Assembly: GCA_019828565.1 (NCBI GenBank)
Contig: JAHDYR010000069.1
Span: 438,699-502,698 of the forward strand
DNA from: Carpediemonas membranifera BICM
Taxonomy: Eukaryota > Protista > Fornicata
Direction: 5' to 3'
Length of the DNA stretch: 64,000 bases
Part shown: positions 21,406 to 31,918 of the stretch, piece after piece
Layout: every line of letters starts with the position of its first letter
How positions within the stretch are numbered: the first letter of the stretch is position 1
Notes under the pieces: generated by a model
What the model was told of the DNA's origin: nothing
The model's database searches: none
What the model saw: only the letters and a program-made list of their open reading frames with translations
Program-made: the position numbers and the translations under genes

Positions 21406-22947
21406 TCACTCGACCTTTGCAGGCAGGGGCGGCACCACCATTGCGAACACCGTCCCCCCGAGCAAGAGTATGATGGGTGCAAGCCGGGTGGCCCTCAGAT
21501 ATGCGACAGAACGCTCCCAGGAGAGATAGTAGAACAGCGGCATCTGAAGGTAAATGAAGCTCATTGTCACGACAGTCGTAATTACATGATATACGTAAAT
21601 CAGCCGGCCTCTGGTGGCAAAGAACGGCCGGAAGATTGCATTCATACGCCGGGCGAGGTTGGAGAACATCCCAGACGACAGGAAGAAGACGTAGAAGCCC
21701 GGTTCCCAGCCGTGCCACACCGCACTCGTGGCGAATGTCGCAATAGTCGCGATCATCTTCACATGCCTTCCAAAACGGCGTTTGACTGTTTCATTTCCTC
21801 GAATGCCTGAGTAGACGTACGATGCGAGGAAGAACCCCACCCCGGCGTTCCAGTGTGTCGTCAGGAGGGCCAGATTCATGGGTGCCTGGGCGATGAGCCA
21901 CGTGTAGTTGGCCCCTTGTCTGAACTCGAACTTGGACCATACCCTGGCCATGGTGTGCCGCCGCCCGCTGTACGTCAGCCCGCTCATCGTCGAGGCGCCG
22001 TGGGCCAGACCCCAGACACCGTAGTACTTGGCTTTGATGAGTTCAATCGGGATGATGTGGTAGCGGACGATTCGCCAGAGCAGTGGTGTGGCAAGGTATG
22101 TCGCGTGTTGGGCATGGTAGGGGAGCATCGGGTCGGGCGGGAAGTATGCAAAGAGCACCCACAGGCCAATAAGACCGACACCCCATAACATGTAAACGAA
22201 ACCCCACGCGATCGACTCTAGATGGAGTCTGATTCGGTCCTTCTTGGTCAAGCCCTCGAAAGAGCGGCCCGACGCGAAGGATGCGTATTCTGCGAATGTG
22301 AAGAAGGGCCCGACGATGACAGACCCGTAAAACATGCTGTAGCCCAGGAAGGCAATGAGCGACGGACACTTGGCCAGCGGGGCCTTGATGCGGCCATACG
22401 GACCGACCGGTCTTGGCTTGACAGCGAGCTTCTCGGCGGGCACCCCTGCCCCACGGGCAACGTCGAAGGCGAGGGAGGAGAGGCGGAGGGCGAGGACCAT
22501 GGGTGTGCCGGTGAAGTGCAGATTTTCCATGGAATGGGGGTGGTAGAGGCGTCGGGCCTGCTCCCAGGACTGGTAGGCGAAGGTGAGAAGGAAGATCAGC
22601 CAGCTCATGCCGGTCGGGGTAAGACCCAGACGGCGGGGGTTGAGACGGAGCAGCAGGAAGACGGCACCGATCACCAGCCATACGTTCAGGACAATGGGGC
22701 CGTATGCAAAGGCCGTGAGGGAGCCCCCGACGAGGGCGTTGTATGTATGATGCAGCGTTGGCCGGCCTCGGGGTAGGAACTTGTGAAACAGCGCGAAAAT
22801 ATACGCAAGGAGAAGACTAAGGCCGATTCGAACATCCCACGGCGTTAGTGAGAGGGATTGGGCCGTGCCCTCGAGGAGGTTGTTCAATACGGAAGGGCTC
22901 TCACACCAACGATCGAGCCAGTTCAGATATGACCGCACAGGGTTCAT
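21406..22947 (-). CDS. MBOAT family lysophospholipid acyltransferase (LPCAT3/Ale1-like)
   Basis: MVLALRLSSLAFD, PSLIAFLGY..VGP, KYYGVW, HWN and SAVWHGWEPGFY (catalytic His). Confidence 0.9.
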   Translation of the reverse strand: MNPVRSYLNWLDRWCESPSVLNNLLEGTAQSLSLTPWDVRIGLSLLLAYIFALFHKFLPRGRPTLHHTYNALVGGSLTAFAYGPIVLNVWLVIGAVFLLLRLNPRRLGLTPTGMSWLIFLLTFAYQSWEQARRLYHPHSMENLHFTGTPMVLALRLSSLAFDVARGAGVPAEKLAVKPRPVGPYGRIKAPLAKCPSLIAFLGYSMFYGSVIVGPFFTFAEYASFASGRSFEGLTKKDRIRLHLESIAWGFVYMLWGVGLIGLWVLFAYFPPDPMLPYHAQHATYLATPLLWRIVRYHIIPIELIKAKYYGVWGLAHGASTMSGLTYSGRRHTMARVWSKFEFRQGANYTWLIAQAPMNLALLTTHWNAGVGFFLASYVYSGIRGNETVKRRFGRHVKMIATIATFATSAVWHGWEPGFYVFFLSSGMFSNLARRMNAIFRPFFATRGRLIYVYHVITTVVTMSFIYLQMPLFYYLSWERSVAYLRATRLAPIILLLGGTVFAMVVPPLPAKVE

Positions 22948-23211
22948 CTATAGATCTAGATCTTGGGATCGTCGCTGTAGAAGACTCAGGTCGTATTCAT
23001 GTCCGTCGATTACGAGGTGGCACAACGGAACAATTTAGCGAAGAATTTAGCGTGATACTAGTTATCAAATGGGTTGCTCGAGACTATATTCGCGGCCATT
23101 GTACACGCCACATGCGCTATGAATCTTTATAATGCCAACAGCGAGTCACCACACATTTACGAGAGTCACGTGACGCTTACCACTGCGCTCGACGCCATTT
23201 AACAAAACGTC

Positions 23212-24060
23212 CTATATACCTGAAACGTCGCCGCGGATGATGGCCCTGATGAGCCGCTTGGTCCCCTCGTCCGCCCGCTGGTTCGCGTCCGCCTGCAGCA
23301 GGGACCGGGGCGGGTGGTCGATCATCGTCTTCTTGAGCGCCCCGGTCGACCCAGCCAGCATGCCGTGCCACATGGCCGCCACCGAGGCTAGGTCAGCCTC
23401 CGCCACAGCTTGCTTCGTGCTGGGCAGCACAGCCCTTGCCGTCGCCATATCTATAGCCTTGGTGAGCGACTCGAGCATCCCCTCCGACTCCATCATGAGA
23501 GCGGGCCCGTTCGTGGAGGTGGCCACCGTCCGGGTGAGCAAGCAGGCTAGCTGGAGGACCGCGCCGCTGTGCTGCTCGATAAGCGTGACTAGGAAGGACA
23601 TGAGGTTCGCACCGAACGCGAACTCCGCGAAGCTGGCCGGATCTGGGTTTGCGAGGCTGATAAAGAACGACAGCGCCGCGACAGTGAGGACAACGGTCTC
23701 TTCTGTGGTCTCAGACGCAACTGAGAGGAAGGGAAAGAGCGTTGCTGGTATGTGCGAGGCCAGAAGATGCGACTGGGAGAGCGGGTCGGACGCGATGATC
23801 GTGAAGAGGTAGAGCGTCGCAGTGATGCGGTCGACATTCGGCTTCGTCATCAAGCCGGCCTCATAGATTGGAAGTACTGTTACAATGTCTTGCAGAAGCC
23901 CCAACGCTACTCCTGGGGCATGCCAGAGAATAGCACCAAGATTACTGATACTGGAGCTCATTGCGAGCACTTTTTGAACGGCAGGCCCTCTTGTATCTGC
24001 TGATAGCAGTTTTTTGATTTCCGCAACGACCTCCTGGCTGTTGTAGCCTCCAAGAGACAT
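23212..24060 (-). CDS. CNOT9: CCR4-NOT subunit Rcd1/CAF40/CNOT9
   Basis: LGAILWHAPG..LLQDIV..DRITATLYLF..ASDP..LASHIPATLFPFL parallels CNOT9 LWHSFG..LLQEI..HIPLFLYPFL. Confidence 0.8.
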   Translation of the reverse strand: MSLGGYNSQEVVAEIKKLLSADTRGPAVQKVLAMSSSISNLGAILWHAPGVALGLLQDIVTVLPIYEAGLMTKPNVDRITATLYLFTIIASDPLSQSHLLASHIPATLFPFLSVASETTEETVVLTVAALSFFISLANPDPASFAEFAFGANLMSFLVTLIEQHSGAVLQLACLLTRTVATSTNGPALMMESEGMLESLTKAIDMATARAVLPSTKQAVAEADLASVAAMWHGMLAGSTGALKKTMIDHPPRSLLQADANQRADEGTKRLIRAIIRGDVSGI

Positions 24061-24193
24061 TTCGTCCGCGTTTCCGCACCATAAGGCATGCTTGAAAAAA
24101 TCTAACGAGTAAAATACGGCCCCCAGCAGCTAACCAAGCATCACCAAACCTTCCCCGCGCCACACCTAGCAAGTATTATAATCCGCAGTTTAA

Positions 24194-25720
24194 TTACTCA
24201 GTCCTGGCCCGCTTCTCAGACGCCCCCTGGAGCTTTGCCCGAGCTCTTGCCCTCCCCACAATGCGGGTCAGAGCCCTGCTATCGTACTTGGTGAACAGGA
24301 TCATAGAAAGCGCCTCGCCCGCGGGCATACCGGCAGCATTCGCCCTGAGGATCTCGACGTAGTGGGCAGGTGTCTCCGGCGGTCCGACGAAGACCACCAC
24401 GTCCGCCTTCTTCAGCACGCACGGCTTGTAAAAGTGCGCGCGCTCAGAGTACAGAGCAATGCGGGCGGACGGGCCCACCGTGGGGCTCCCATTGAACCGC
24501 GCCCGCCGGTCCCGCCGCTTCCTCTGCGCTGTGTACTCCGAGATCGCGACATAATCTGCGGCATACTTCTCTGAGCCCTCGAGGAAGGCCTTGACTGCAG
24601 TGAAGTTGAAGTAGTTGGGGCAGACGAGGATGGTGCGGAGGTCCTTGTCCAGGATCTCGGGCAGGGCCGCAATCTTGACTCCGGCGAGGGCTTCGGCAGA
24701 GAATTCAGGGCATGAGAGCTTGAGGAGCTTCTGGGCCTTATAGAGCCCACGGACATCGTTGTATACGATCGCCTTGTCGTCTGCCGCCACGGTCTCGAGT
24801 GGCCGGGCAGACTCGCGGTGCCTAGTCTGCAGGGCGATGAGGTCTGGGAACATGAAACGGGTCACGACCACCCCCTGCCGGATCGTGGCCCCCTCCCCGT
24901 CGAGAAAGGCCGGTCGGACTCGGCTGTACTTCGCCCCAGAGGACACAGCGCCGTCCGGGGGCTGCTGGTTGAGTGAGGCCATCACCTTGGCCATGTGCTC
25001 CCAGTTTTGGTAGTAAATGATGTGGGCTGAGTCGATGGCGACCATCTCGACTGAGGAGAGGGGGTAATGGGTCGATCCGGTCACCATAAGCTGCAGGGCA
25101 AGCGGGCTGCCCACTATGACGTCCGCCTTGACCATGTCGGTAGCCATTACCTTGTAATCAGGCTTCTCTGAGGCCGTCTCCTGCACTGCGGCCGCCCGGT
25201 AAAGCACGCGATCCTTTTTCAGTGTCAGCCCGACCAGGAAGAAGTCGTTGTTCCGCTCGACCCCGTCGTCAGTATACGGGGTGACGGCAAGGCCATCGTA
25301 CTCCCGGGTGGTCAGCTCTTTGCCGTCTAAGTCAACTGAAGCGAGGGGCGGGCCGAAGACTGTCTGGAAGAGCTCGCGGCCTTCCCAAGAGCTGCGGTCG
25401 GCATTCGGGGAGGCGATAATGTCCTCGATACGCTCGCAGAGGGCGACTGCAATGGACATGGTGGGGGCGATATAGAGAATACGGCCCTTGGTGTAGCCTT
25501 GGTCCTTGTATGCTTCATCTACGATGATATCTTCATCTTCCGTGGCATTCCTAATCTTCTCGTTGTTTGCAGCGATGCGCAGCTTGCATTCAGTTGTGTA
25601 GCTGCAGATCCGTGCGGCAATCTCATCTCTACTCCGCTCACTGACGGTAATATAGTCGGTTTCGCCGGTAACGATGGCCAAATCCTGGCCAGCTCCAAGG
25701 ATTTCTGATATCTCGCCCAT
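24194..25720 (-). CDS. UTP25: U3 snoRNA-associated protein Utp25/DEF
   Basis: DFFLVGL, DVIVGSPLAL, LSSVEM..QNWEH, SRVRPAFLDG, ISEYT and LYSERAHFY. Confidence 0.85.
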   Translation of the reverse strand: MGEISEILGAGQDLAIVTGETDYITVSERSRDEIAARICSYTTECKLRIAANNEKIRNATEDEDIIVDEAYKDQGYTKGRILYIAPTMSIAVALCERIEDIIASPNADRSSWEGRELFQTVFGPPLASVDLDGKELTTREYDGLAVTPYTDDGVERNNDFFLVGLTLKKDRVLYRAAAVQETASEKPDYKVMATDMVKADVIVGSPLALQLMVTGSTHYPLSSVEMVAIDSAHIIYYQNWEHMAKVMASLNQQPPDGAVSSGAKYSRVRPAFLDGEGATIRQGVVVTRFMFPDLIALQTRHRESARPLETVAADDKAIVYNDVRGLYKAQKLLKLSCPEFSAEALAGVKIAALPEILDKDLRTILVCPNYFNFTAVKAFLEGSEKYAADYVAISEYTAQRKRRDRRARFNGSPTVGPSARIALYSERAHFYKPCVLKKADVVVFVGPPETPAHYVEILRANAAGMPAGEALSMILFTKYDSRALTRIVGRARARAKLQGASEKRARTE

Positions 25721-25829
25721 CAACCAAACGTGAAAACCTTAACCTGCGCGATGAAGAAAGCAGTGTTTTATCGCCATAGGACCCTTGCTGAGCCTCTTCC
25801 ACACGTCCAGCGTTCGATACCGCAGATAT

Positions 25830-26885
25830 TTACATAGAATTAATGTCGTAGACAACGACCGCGTTCCGGAAGCCCTTGATGGCCTCCCACCGACCGAACC
25901 GGTGCTCCCGGGCCAGCCCCACCGCCAGCCGGCCCCCGCCCACCTCCAGACCGACCACGACACCGTCCAGCTGCACCGAGTCGACCAAACTCATCTCATA
26001 CTCAGCGGTGTTGACACTGACGAGGTAGACACTGCCCCGAGTGTCGCCGGCCACGACCATGACGTCGCCTGCTTCACTCGCGCCAAGTACGGCGACAGTG
26101 GTCAGCCAGGGCTTCTCGTTAGTGGCCAGGTCGACCTGGGTGAGCTGCAGGTGGGTCACAGCCTTCTTCTTGTTGGCCCGCCAGAGGAAGACGGCGCCAG
26201 ACTGGGATGCGGTGATGAAGATGTCATGGGTCAGCATCACCACCGCCTCTGTCAGCTCCTCGGGCTTGTAGACCAGTTGGGTCATCTGCTCGGGCCGGCC
26301 CAGCCTGATGGACGCGTCGTGGGCGACCGTGGCGACTCGGTTGCCGTGGAACGCCGAGAGGGAGAGGATCGGGGCCTGGTGGCCGTACATGTTCTGCATG
26401 AGGATGCGGTCCTCGACGTCGTACACACGAATCGTCCGGTCAGCACCCGCGGAGAATAGAAGCTGCTTCTCTCCTTTGGGGTCCTTCGCAAAAGAGATCG
26501 CCTGGATGGCATCGCGATACATGCCGAAGGAATCGATCGATTCGCCAGTCTGGGCGTTCCACATGGCGAGAAGGCGGTCCTTGCCACCGCTGGCGAGGAA
26601 CTGGCCGTCTGGTGAGACAGCGATGGAGAGGACTGCACCGTAGTGGCCTTCCACAGGTCCTCTGTTCGGGAACTTGGACGAAGACGTCAATTCCTTGCGT
26701 CCTTTCTTCGGAATAGCGCCTAGCGATGGCTTCTTCCAGAGTTCTTTCAAGTCCGGGAGCGAATAGGCCACAAGGTTCCCAGCCTTGTCTCCTATCCAGA
26801 GCATCTCACCATGTGGATGAATACAGACGGCGGAAAGAGCTTTCTTCGAGATCCGCTTGCGAGAAAGCTCAGAAAGCGCCTCCAT
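25830..26885 (-). CDS. RRP9: U3 snoRNP WD40 protein Rrp9/U3-55K
   Basis: WD40 repeats, MYGHQ and the C-terminal EHRFGRW signature. Confidence 0.85.
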   Translation of the reverse strand: MEALSELSRKRISKKALSAVCIHPHGEMLWIGDKAGNLVAYSLPDLKELWKKPSLGAIPKKGRKELTSSSKFPNRGPVEGHYGAVLSIAVSPDGQFLASGGKDRLLAMWNAQTGESIDSFGMYRDAIQAISFAKDPKGEKQLLFSAGADRTIRVYDVEDRILMQNMYGHQAPILSLSAFHGNRVATVAHDASIRLGRPEQMTQLVYKPEELTEAVVMLTHDIFITASQSGAVFLWRANKKKAVTHLQLTQVDLATNEKPWLTTVAVLGASEAGDVMVVAGDTRGSVYLVSVNTAEYEMSLVDSVQLDGVVVGLEVGGGRLAVGLAREHRFGRWEAIKGFRNAVVVYDINSM

Positions 26886-27055
26886 TGCTCAATCACCAGC
26901 GATATACATGATGCCACATAAATCAGACAGACCGACGATTTGATGCAACCAATGCACCCCATACCCACACCAGCATATCCCTGCTTCCTCGATTATCCCA
27001 CACCACCGCCAGAGGCCCACCATCGGCTCTCTATTTACGAATTAACTCGATTTAT

Positions 27056-27709
27056 TTACATTGCCACACACCCCTGCTTCGACTTCGCGAGGGGCTCCAT
27101 CGTCGGGTGATCCACTACCTGAGCGTCCACCACACGCTGCTGAACGTCGACGTCGGCCTTGCTCACACCCACACCGGCCAACCGGGCCGCGATACGGTAG
27201 AACATGGCGTTGATGTTGTCCCCGCTCTTGGCACAGACAAAGAAGGACATGAAATCGTTGAGTGAGGCGAAATCCTGGTGCTTTTGGAGGCGGACAGCGC
27301 GTTGGTAGGACAAATCAGTCTTGTTGCCGACCAGTACAATCAGCGGCATCTTCTCAGTGCTGTACGTCTTCCGCACGAGGCGGTACCAGTCGTCGAGGTT
27401 CTGGAAACTCTGATAGTTGGTGATATCATACATCATGATCACGGCATGGGCACCGTACACGTAATTGCCGATCATGTTGCCGCCAATGGACTGTCCTCCG
27501 ATATCCCATACTTGCAAAGTCACTTCATTGCCTTCTGGAAGCGCCATTTGCTTGGCGTAGAAGTCTAGGCCAATCGTTTGCTTGTATGCCTGCGCAAAAT
27601 TGTCGCCTGTGAAACGCTGTGCAACAGAAGTCTTCCCAACGGAACCATCACCCAAAATAATTACTTTGAACTGCTGAAGACCAACGTCTTCGTCTGAATC
27701 GGAATCCAT
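27056..27709 (-). CDS. RAB28: Rab28 small GTPase
   Basis: GDGSVGKTS, YKQTIGLDF, WDIGGQSIGG (Rab28-diagnostic), GNKTD and C-terminal CVAM. Confidence 0.9.
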   Translation of the reverse strand: MDSDSDEDVGLQQFKVIILGDGSVGKTSVAQRFTGDNFAQAYKQTIGLDFYAKQMALPEGNEVTLQVWDIGGQSIGGNMIGNYVYGAHAVIMMYDITNYQSFQNLDDWYRLVRKTYSTEKMPLIVLVGNKTDLSYQRAVRLQKHQDFASLNDFMSFFVCAKSGDNINAMFYRIAARLAGVGVSKADVDVQQRVVDAQVVDHPTMEPLAKSKQGCVAM

Positions 27710-27777
27710 CGCGAGGTGCATAAAATGCAATTTTTGACGAATTCAAAACAAAAACGCTTTATATACAGCCGCAGACC

Positions 27778-28380
27778 CTAATCGAGCCTGTTGACAACAA
27801 CATTAGCTTCTCTCACCACCCGCTTCTCGCCGCCGACCTCCATCTCATATCCTTCAGCAACAACAGCGAGCACCTCGCCGTCCTTCTTGCTGGGGTCCTT
27901 GATGATGGACAGTGCATGCTGTGTGTTGGGATCGAACAGGCTGCCCAGGCTCTCCACCCGCCGAACACCCAGCCTCTCCAAGGCCGCCTTCATTTGACGT
28001 TGGGTGGTTCCAACGCCGTCCGCAAAAATCTTGGCGGTCTTAGCAGGGACCTTCTTGCCCTTGGCGATCTGCGGGGGGATGGATTCGAAGGCACGGTCGA
28101 GATTGTCGGCCACCTCGAGCATGTTCTTCAGCACCTTGATGGCGCCTTCCTGCTTGGCCTCAGCAAGCGCTTCCCGGCTCCTTTGGGCGGCGTTGCGCTG
28201 ATCAGCAATGGATCTGAGCAGCTGGTTCTTCGTGTCAGCGAGTTCTTGCTGGCAAGTAGCGAGCTCGTCAGAGATGCTTACTGAAGCTTCCTCCGCAGTG
28301 GAATTGAAGCGAGGGAACTGTATACCACTGAAAATAGAGCTCTGCAGGGCAGGACGGAGTGAAACAAAGGTGCTCAGCAT
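27778..28380 (-). CDS. grpE: GrpE/Mge1 nucleotide exchange factor with N-terminal mitochondrial-type presequence
   Basis: LRSIAD..N, LEVADNLDRA, FDPNTQHAL and GY..RVVREANVVV; acid-free N-terminus MLSTFVSLRPALQSS..PRFNS. Confidence 0.9.
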   Translation of the reverse strand: MLSTFVSLRPALQSSIFSGIQFPRFNSTAEEASVSISDELATCQQELADTKNQLLRSIADQRNAAQRSREALAEAKQEGAIKVLKNMLEVADNLDRAFESIPPQIAKGKKVPAKTAKIFADGVGTTQRQMKAALERLGVRRVESLGSLFDPNTQHALSIIKDPSKKDGEVLAVVAEGYEMEVGGEKRVVREANVVVNRLD

Positions 28381-28588
28381 CTGTTGGGCCTACGAAAATG
28401 AAGTTGTCAACGACGCCACTGTCAGCTCAGCCGGTGCTTTGCGGTGTTTAGCCCGGGGTGTGCTACCAGACTCCCCAGACTGTGCTGAGTCAGACATGGT
28501 CAAGCTGCAGTCAACGACAGTCCCAGGACAAGGGTGGGGGTGGCCTTCACGTAGCTAGTATTGTAACATAAACATCACAGCTACAGCC

Positions 28589-29155
28589 TCACTCGTACAT
28601 CTCGCCCGGCCCCGAGGCAACGGTCACCGGGACATTACTCGCTGCCAGCTGCCGCCTGAGCTCCACGATCTCGTCCAGCCTGGCCTTTGCAACGTTGTCC
28701 AGCTCCGCCACCATGTCCGTCTGATCGTTGTACAGCCCTAGGATCCGGGCCGCCTTGGTCTGGGCTGTGTCTCTTGCCGTCAGGGCGGCAGCGAGCTCTG
28801 AAGCTGGGACAAGTTGGTCGCTTGGGAGTGACGAGAAGTCGATGGGCGGCTCGGGCTCGGGATCGGTCTGTATTGCGCAGTGGACGCAGGGCGCGGATAG
28901 GAGCGTCTGTAGTTTGGCCCTCTCGTCCTGCAGATACTCCACTTCCTGCGCTGCTATGCGTACTTGTGAGGTAAGCTTTGCTCTCAGTTCTTCAACTTCG
29001 TTCCTAAGCGTTGAATTTTGGTGAACCAACGCAACGTTCTTGGTTTCGAGCTCTCTGAAGTTGAACAGACGTTCAATTGTCAAATCCGGGTCCAAGCCAA
29101 TATTCTTTCCACGGAACTCTCCTTTTGTATAGCCACAATAGCTTCCTTCGTCCAT
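28589..29155 (-). CDS. Hypothetical coiled-coil protein
   Basis: ORF with heptad segments; first ATG at 29155. Confidence 0.6.
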   Translation of the reverse strand: MDEGSYCGYTKGEFRGKNIGLDPDLTIERLFNFRELETKNVALVHQNSTLRNEVEELRAKLTSQVRIAAQEVEYLQDERAKLQTLLSAPCVHCAIQTDPEPEPPIDFSSLPSDQLVPASELAAALTARDTAQTKAARILGLYNDQTDMVAELDNVAKARLDEIVELRRQLAASNVPVTVASGPGEMYE

Positions 29156-29383
29156 GCGAGCCGTCGCAGCGCGTTTTTTGGTCCTATCCTGCACAACGAA
29201 AATCTCGAGATTGAGTCGATATACGGTCAGTAAACATCAGCCATGCCTTTAAAGGATGCTAATATACTCATTCCGCGTCCTCCTTCTGGCTGCCGCACCC
29301 TGGCTTTTGACCAGCATGCTCCATCCTCGTATTATTCATAAATGCGTCATCAGCGCAGTAAATCCACATCTATTCCTTTCTGC

Positions 29384-30766
29384 TCAGAGTAACCCGACCA
29401 GCACCCGGATCAGCGTGTACAACAGCCCCAACACCGCCACGATAGCGACTGTCACCAGTGCTATGGTTACCAAGAACGACGTCCGAACGGGCAGAGTCCC
29501 GTCTCTCACGATCGACTCCATCTGGTCAAGCTGCCGCTGGATCTGCCCCAGGTGGGCCATGATTCCCTCGAGCGAGGGCTCTGTCTTCGACAGTCGCACA
29601 GTCGGCCACAGGAGCGCGTCCTCGCCGCCGTCGCCCCGCATCATCCGGAGACTGCTACCAGCTGGAAGCATGGGATCAGTCTGCCCGGCCACACCATCCT
29701 TGGCAATCCGGGAGAAGACATGGCTGGCCCGACGTGGTCCAGGGGGGCTCCGGCCCGGCGTGGCGGGGCTGACGTGGAGGCTGGCCAGCCTCAGGCGGGG
29801 GTCGACCACGGGTGACGTGCCGTAGGCGTTGGCCCCCTCAGCCTCGCTCAGCACGCCGTGGATGCGTTCGACGAGGATGGAGGAGTCGTCCAGGCGCATC
29901 AGCTCGCGGTTGACTGCGGCGACCACGCCCTTTTGTAAATCCAACAGGGCCGACCGCTGCTGCTCGAACAGCTCGTTCTGGGCCTCCAGTCTGGCCACAT
30001 CCCCCGTCGCCGAGTCGACCTTCTCACTCAGCTCCCTCACCGCGGTCAGGGCGTCGAGCTGCCGTCGGAGCGTCTCCATGTCCCGCCTCGAAGCTTCCAG
30101 CGCCTGCCTCAGAGCCTCGTTCTCCTCTATAGCGGCGGTCTGGGCATCTCTAGTCTGGTCCAGCTCGGCCGTCACGGAGCTGAGGGTGCGGGACAGGCCG
30201 TCGAGCTTCGTCTTATACCCTGCCGCTTGGCCATTGTTCACCTCCATGGTGTCCAATGCGTCGGCCAGGGCGTCTCTGTCCTCTCGGAGCTCTGTCACCT
30301 CCTTGTAGAGCGCGGACATCCTGTCTGGTAGAGCTGCGGATCTTGACGCCATTGAGGGCCTTCGGGACTGGCCAATGGTCGAAAGAGCCGGGGTGGCGCT
30401 TGTTATGCGCTCGCGATCAGGCGAGAGTGCCGCCTCCGAGATAACGCCGGGGTCGTCCTCGTCGCCGGCAGGTCCCATGTCTCGGAAGATCGAGAACACG
30501 GCGTAGATGTCGATGGAGGCCTCATTGTCGGGGAACAAGCGGCTAATTACGCGGCTGCGATCTGATTCGGAAAGGATGGTTTCTAGGAACAGTTCTAGCT
30601 TCTGCCTTTGAATCTGGCCGTCCTCGTCGGTGACAGATGCTAGTTCTTCGGCAAACTCTTGGAAGTCCGGATCATATGCACCGCCTGCATTTCCTAGTTC
30701 TGCTCTTGTCATGTGAACGCTCTCCATTGCCGCGCGGTGCTGACTATCACCAGACATAAACTGCAT
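29384..30766 (-). CDS. Tail-anchored coiled-coil protein with possible degenerate N-terminal EF-hand pair
   Basis: N-terminal DEDGQI..DNEASID, central coiled coil, C-terminal hydrophobic anchor FLVTIALVTVAIVAVLGLLYTLI. Confidence 0.65.
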   Translation of the reverse strand: MQFMSGDSQHRAAMESVHMTRAELGNAGGAYDPDFQEFAEELASVTDEDGQIQRQKLELFLETILSESDRSRVISRLFPDNEASIDIYAVFSIFRDMGPAGDEDDPGVISEAALSPDRERITSATPALSTIGQSRRPSMASRSAALPDRMSALYKEVTELREDRDALADALDTMEVNNGQAAGYKTKLDGLSRTLSSVTAELDQTRDAQTAAIEENEALRQALEASRRDMETLRRQLDALTAVRELSEKVDSATGDVARLEAQNELFEQQRSALLDLQKGVVAAVNRELMRLDDSSILVERIHGVLSEAEGANAYGTSPVVDPRLRLASLHVSPATPGRSPPGPRRASHVFSRIAKDGVAGQTDPMLPAGSSLRMMRGDGGEDALLWPTVRLSKTEPSLEGIMAHLGQIQRQLDQMESIVRDGTLPVRTSFLVTIALVTVAIVAVLGLLYTLIRVLVGLL

Positions 30767-31060
30767 GGTATCTATAGTTCGCGGGCTCTGTAGCGCCTAC
30801 AGTTCTGTCATGTTGGATCTACTCATAGCGTGTAGAAGGCCAAAGTCCATGGCCGTAGCAGGTCTCGTTCGTGTGCTTGGAAAGGCACAAGATGGTACGG
30901 TCTCATCTCACAGCTGTCCCACTGTAGCGCTCCATCATGCTGTCAAACAGTCCTTGCGTGTCCCATTCTCTTCATATCGCGTAAAATCCATCGTCAAGAT
31001 TTTTTCGCATCCGCAGATAAGCAGTGACCAAAAACGCAGACAGTTGCACAATTGCTTCGA

Positions 31061-31918
31061 ATGGAACCTCTTACCGATCGTCAAATGCCCATTTCTGATT
31101 GCAGCTATATCACACGCGAGTCTTTGTCCGAAATAGTTGGACCAAGAGCTCGTGAGAGCTGGCGCATCACTCTTGAGCTCCATTTGAGAAAGGAAGAGAC
31201 TTCAACGCACTACAGAGACTATCTCGAGGATGTACAACACGGGTACATAACCAAGGAGATGCGCAAGGAAGCTATCCGCTTCATCGTCGATGTCTGCGCG
31301 TACGATGCCCACCCATCCGTCGTCTGCGAGCGTTCGATCCGCCTCTTCGACCAGTGCCTCGCCTATTCGCAGGTTCGTCGTCAGGCTGTCCAACTCTTAA
31401 CGCTTGGGGCAATCTCCGTCTCGACGAAACTTGAGGACGACGGGGGCGTCTCCCTGAACGACCTCGTCCGCTACTCCGACGGTCTCTACACCCCACCAGA
31501 GCTCATGGCGGCCGAGCAGCATGTCCTAGATGTCGTTAACTGGGATGCGTACGTCCCTTCGTCCCATCGCGCTCTCTCCTCCATGCTCGGCCTCCTCGCC
31601 TCGGACGGGGAAAAGGAGGAGCATATCGAGACCCTATGGGCACTCTCCTCGAGGTTTATTATCCTGTCGGTGGAGGACTATGGCATCTCCCAGATGCCCC
31701 CCTCTACGGTGGCCACTGGGGTGCTCACCGCAGCGCTCCTCTTCGTCAGGACTGCGACCTCCAGCAGAAGCTTGGACACCCTCGCCGGCATTGGGGTAGA
31801 TGTGATCGCTGCTGAGGATGTCGCTAAGTATCTTCTGGTCCGTCGCAAGTTTACATCCCAGGCTGCCCCAACCCTCACCACTCCGCACGACGCCAAACGA
31901 GCGCTGGGGAGCAACTAA
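31061..31918 (+). CDS. Cyclin (N-terminal cyclin box)
   Basis: ITKEMRKEAIRFI..SIRLFD..QLLTLGAISVSTKLED..AEQHVLDVVNW. Confidence 0.88.
   Translation: MEPLTDRQMPISDCSYITRESLSEIVGPRARESWRITLELHLRKEETSTHYRDYLEDVQHGYITKEMRKEAIRFIVDVCAYDAHPSVVCERSIRLFDQCLAYSQVRRQAVQLLTLGAISVSTKLEDDGGVSLNDLVRYSDGLYTPPELMAAEQHVLDVVNWDAYVPSSHRALSSMLGLLASDGEKEEHIETLWALSSRFIILSVEDYGISQMPPSTVATGVLTAALLFVRTATSSRSLDTLAGIGVDVIAAEDVAKYLLVRRKFTSQAAPTLTTPHDAKRALGSN

Noticed and set aside
1-31918. Prokaryotic origin or TAA/TAG-to-Gln recoding
   Set aside because: Spliceosomal introns and eukaryote-specific genes are present, and conserved genes terminate at TAA/TAG at the expected positions.
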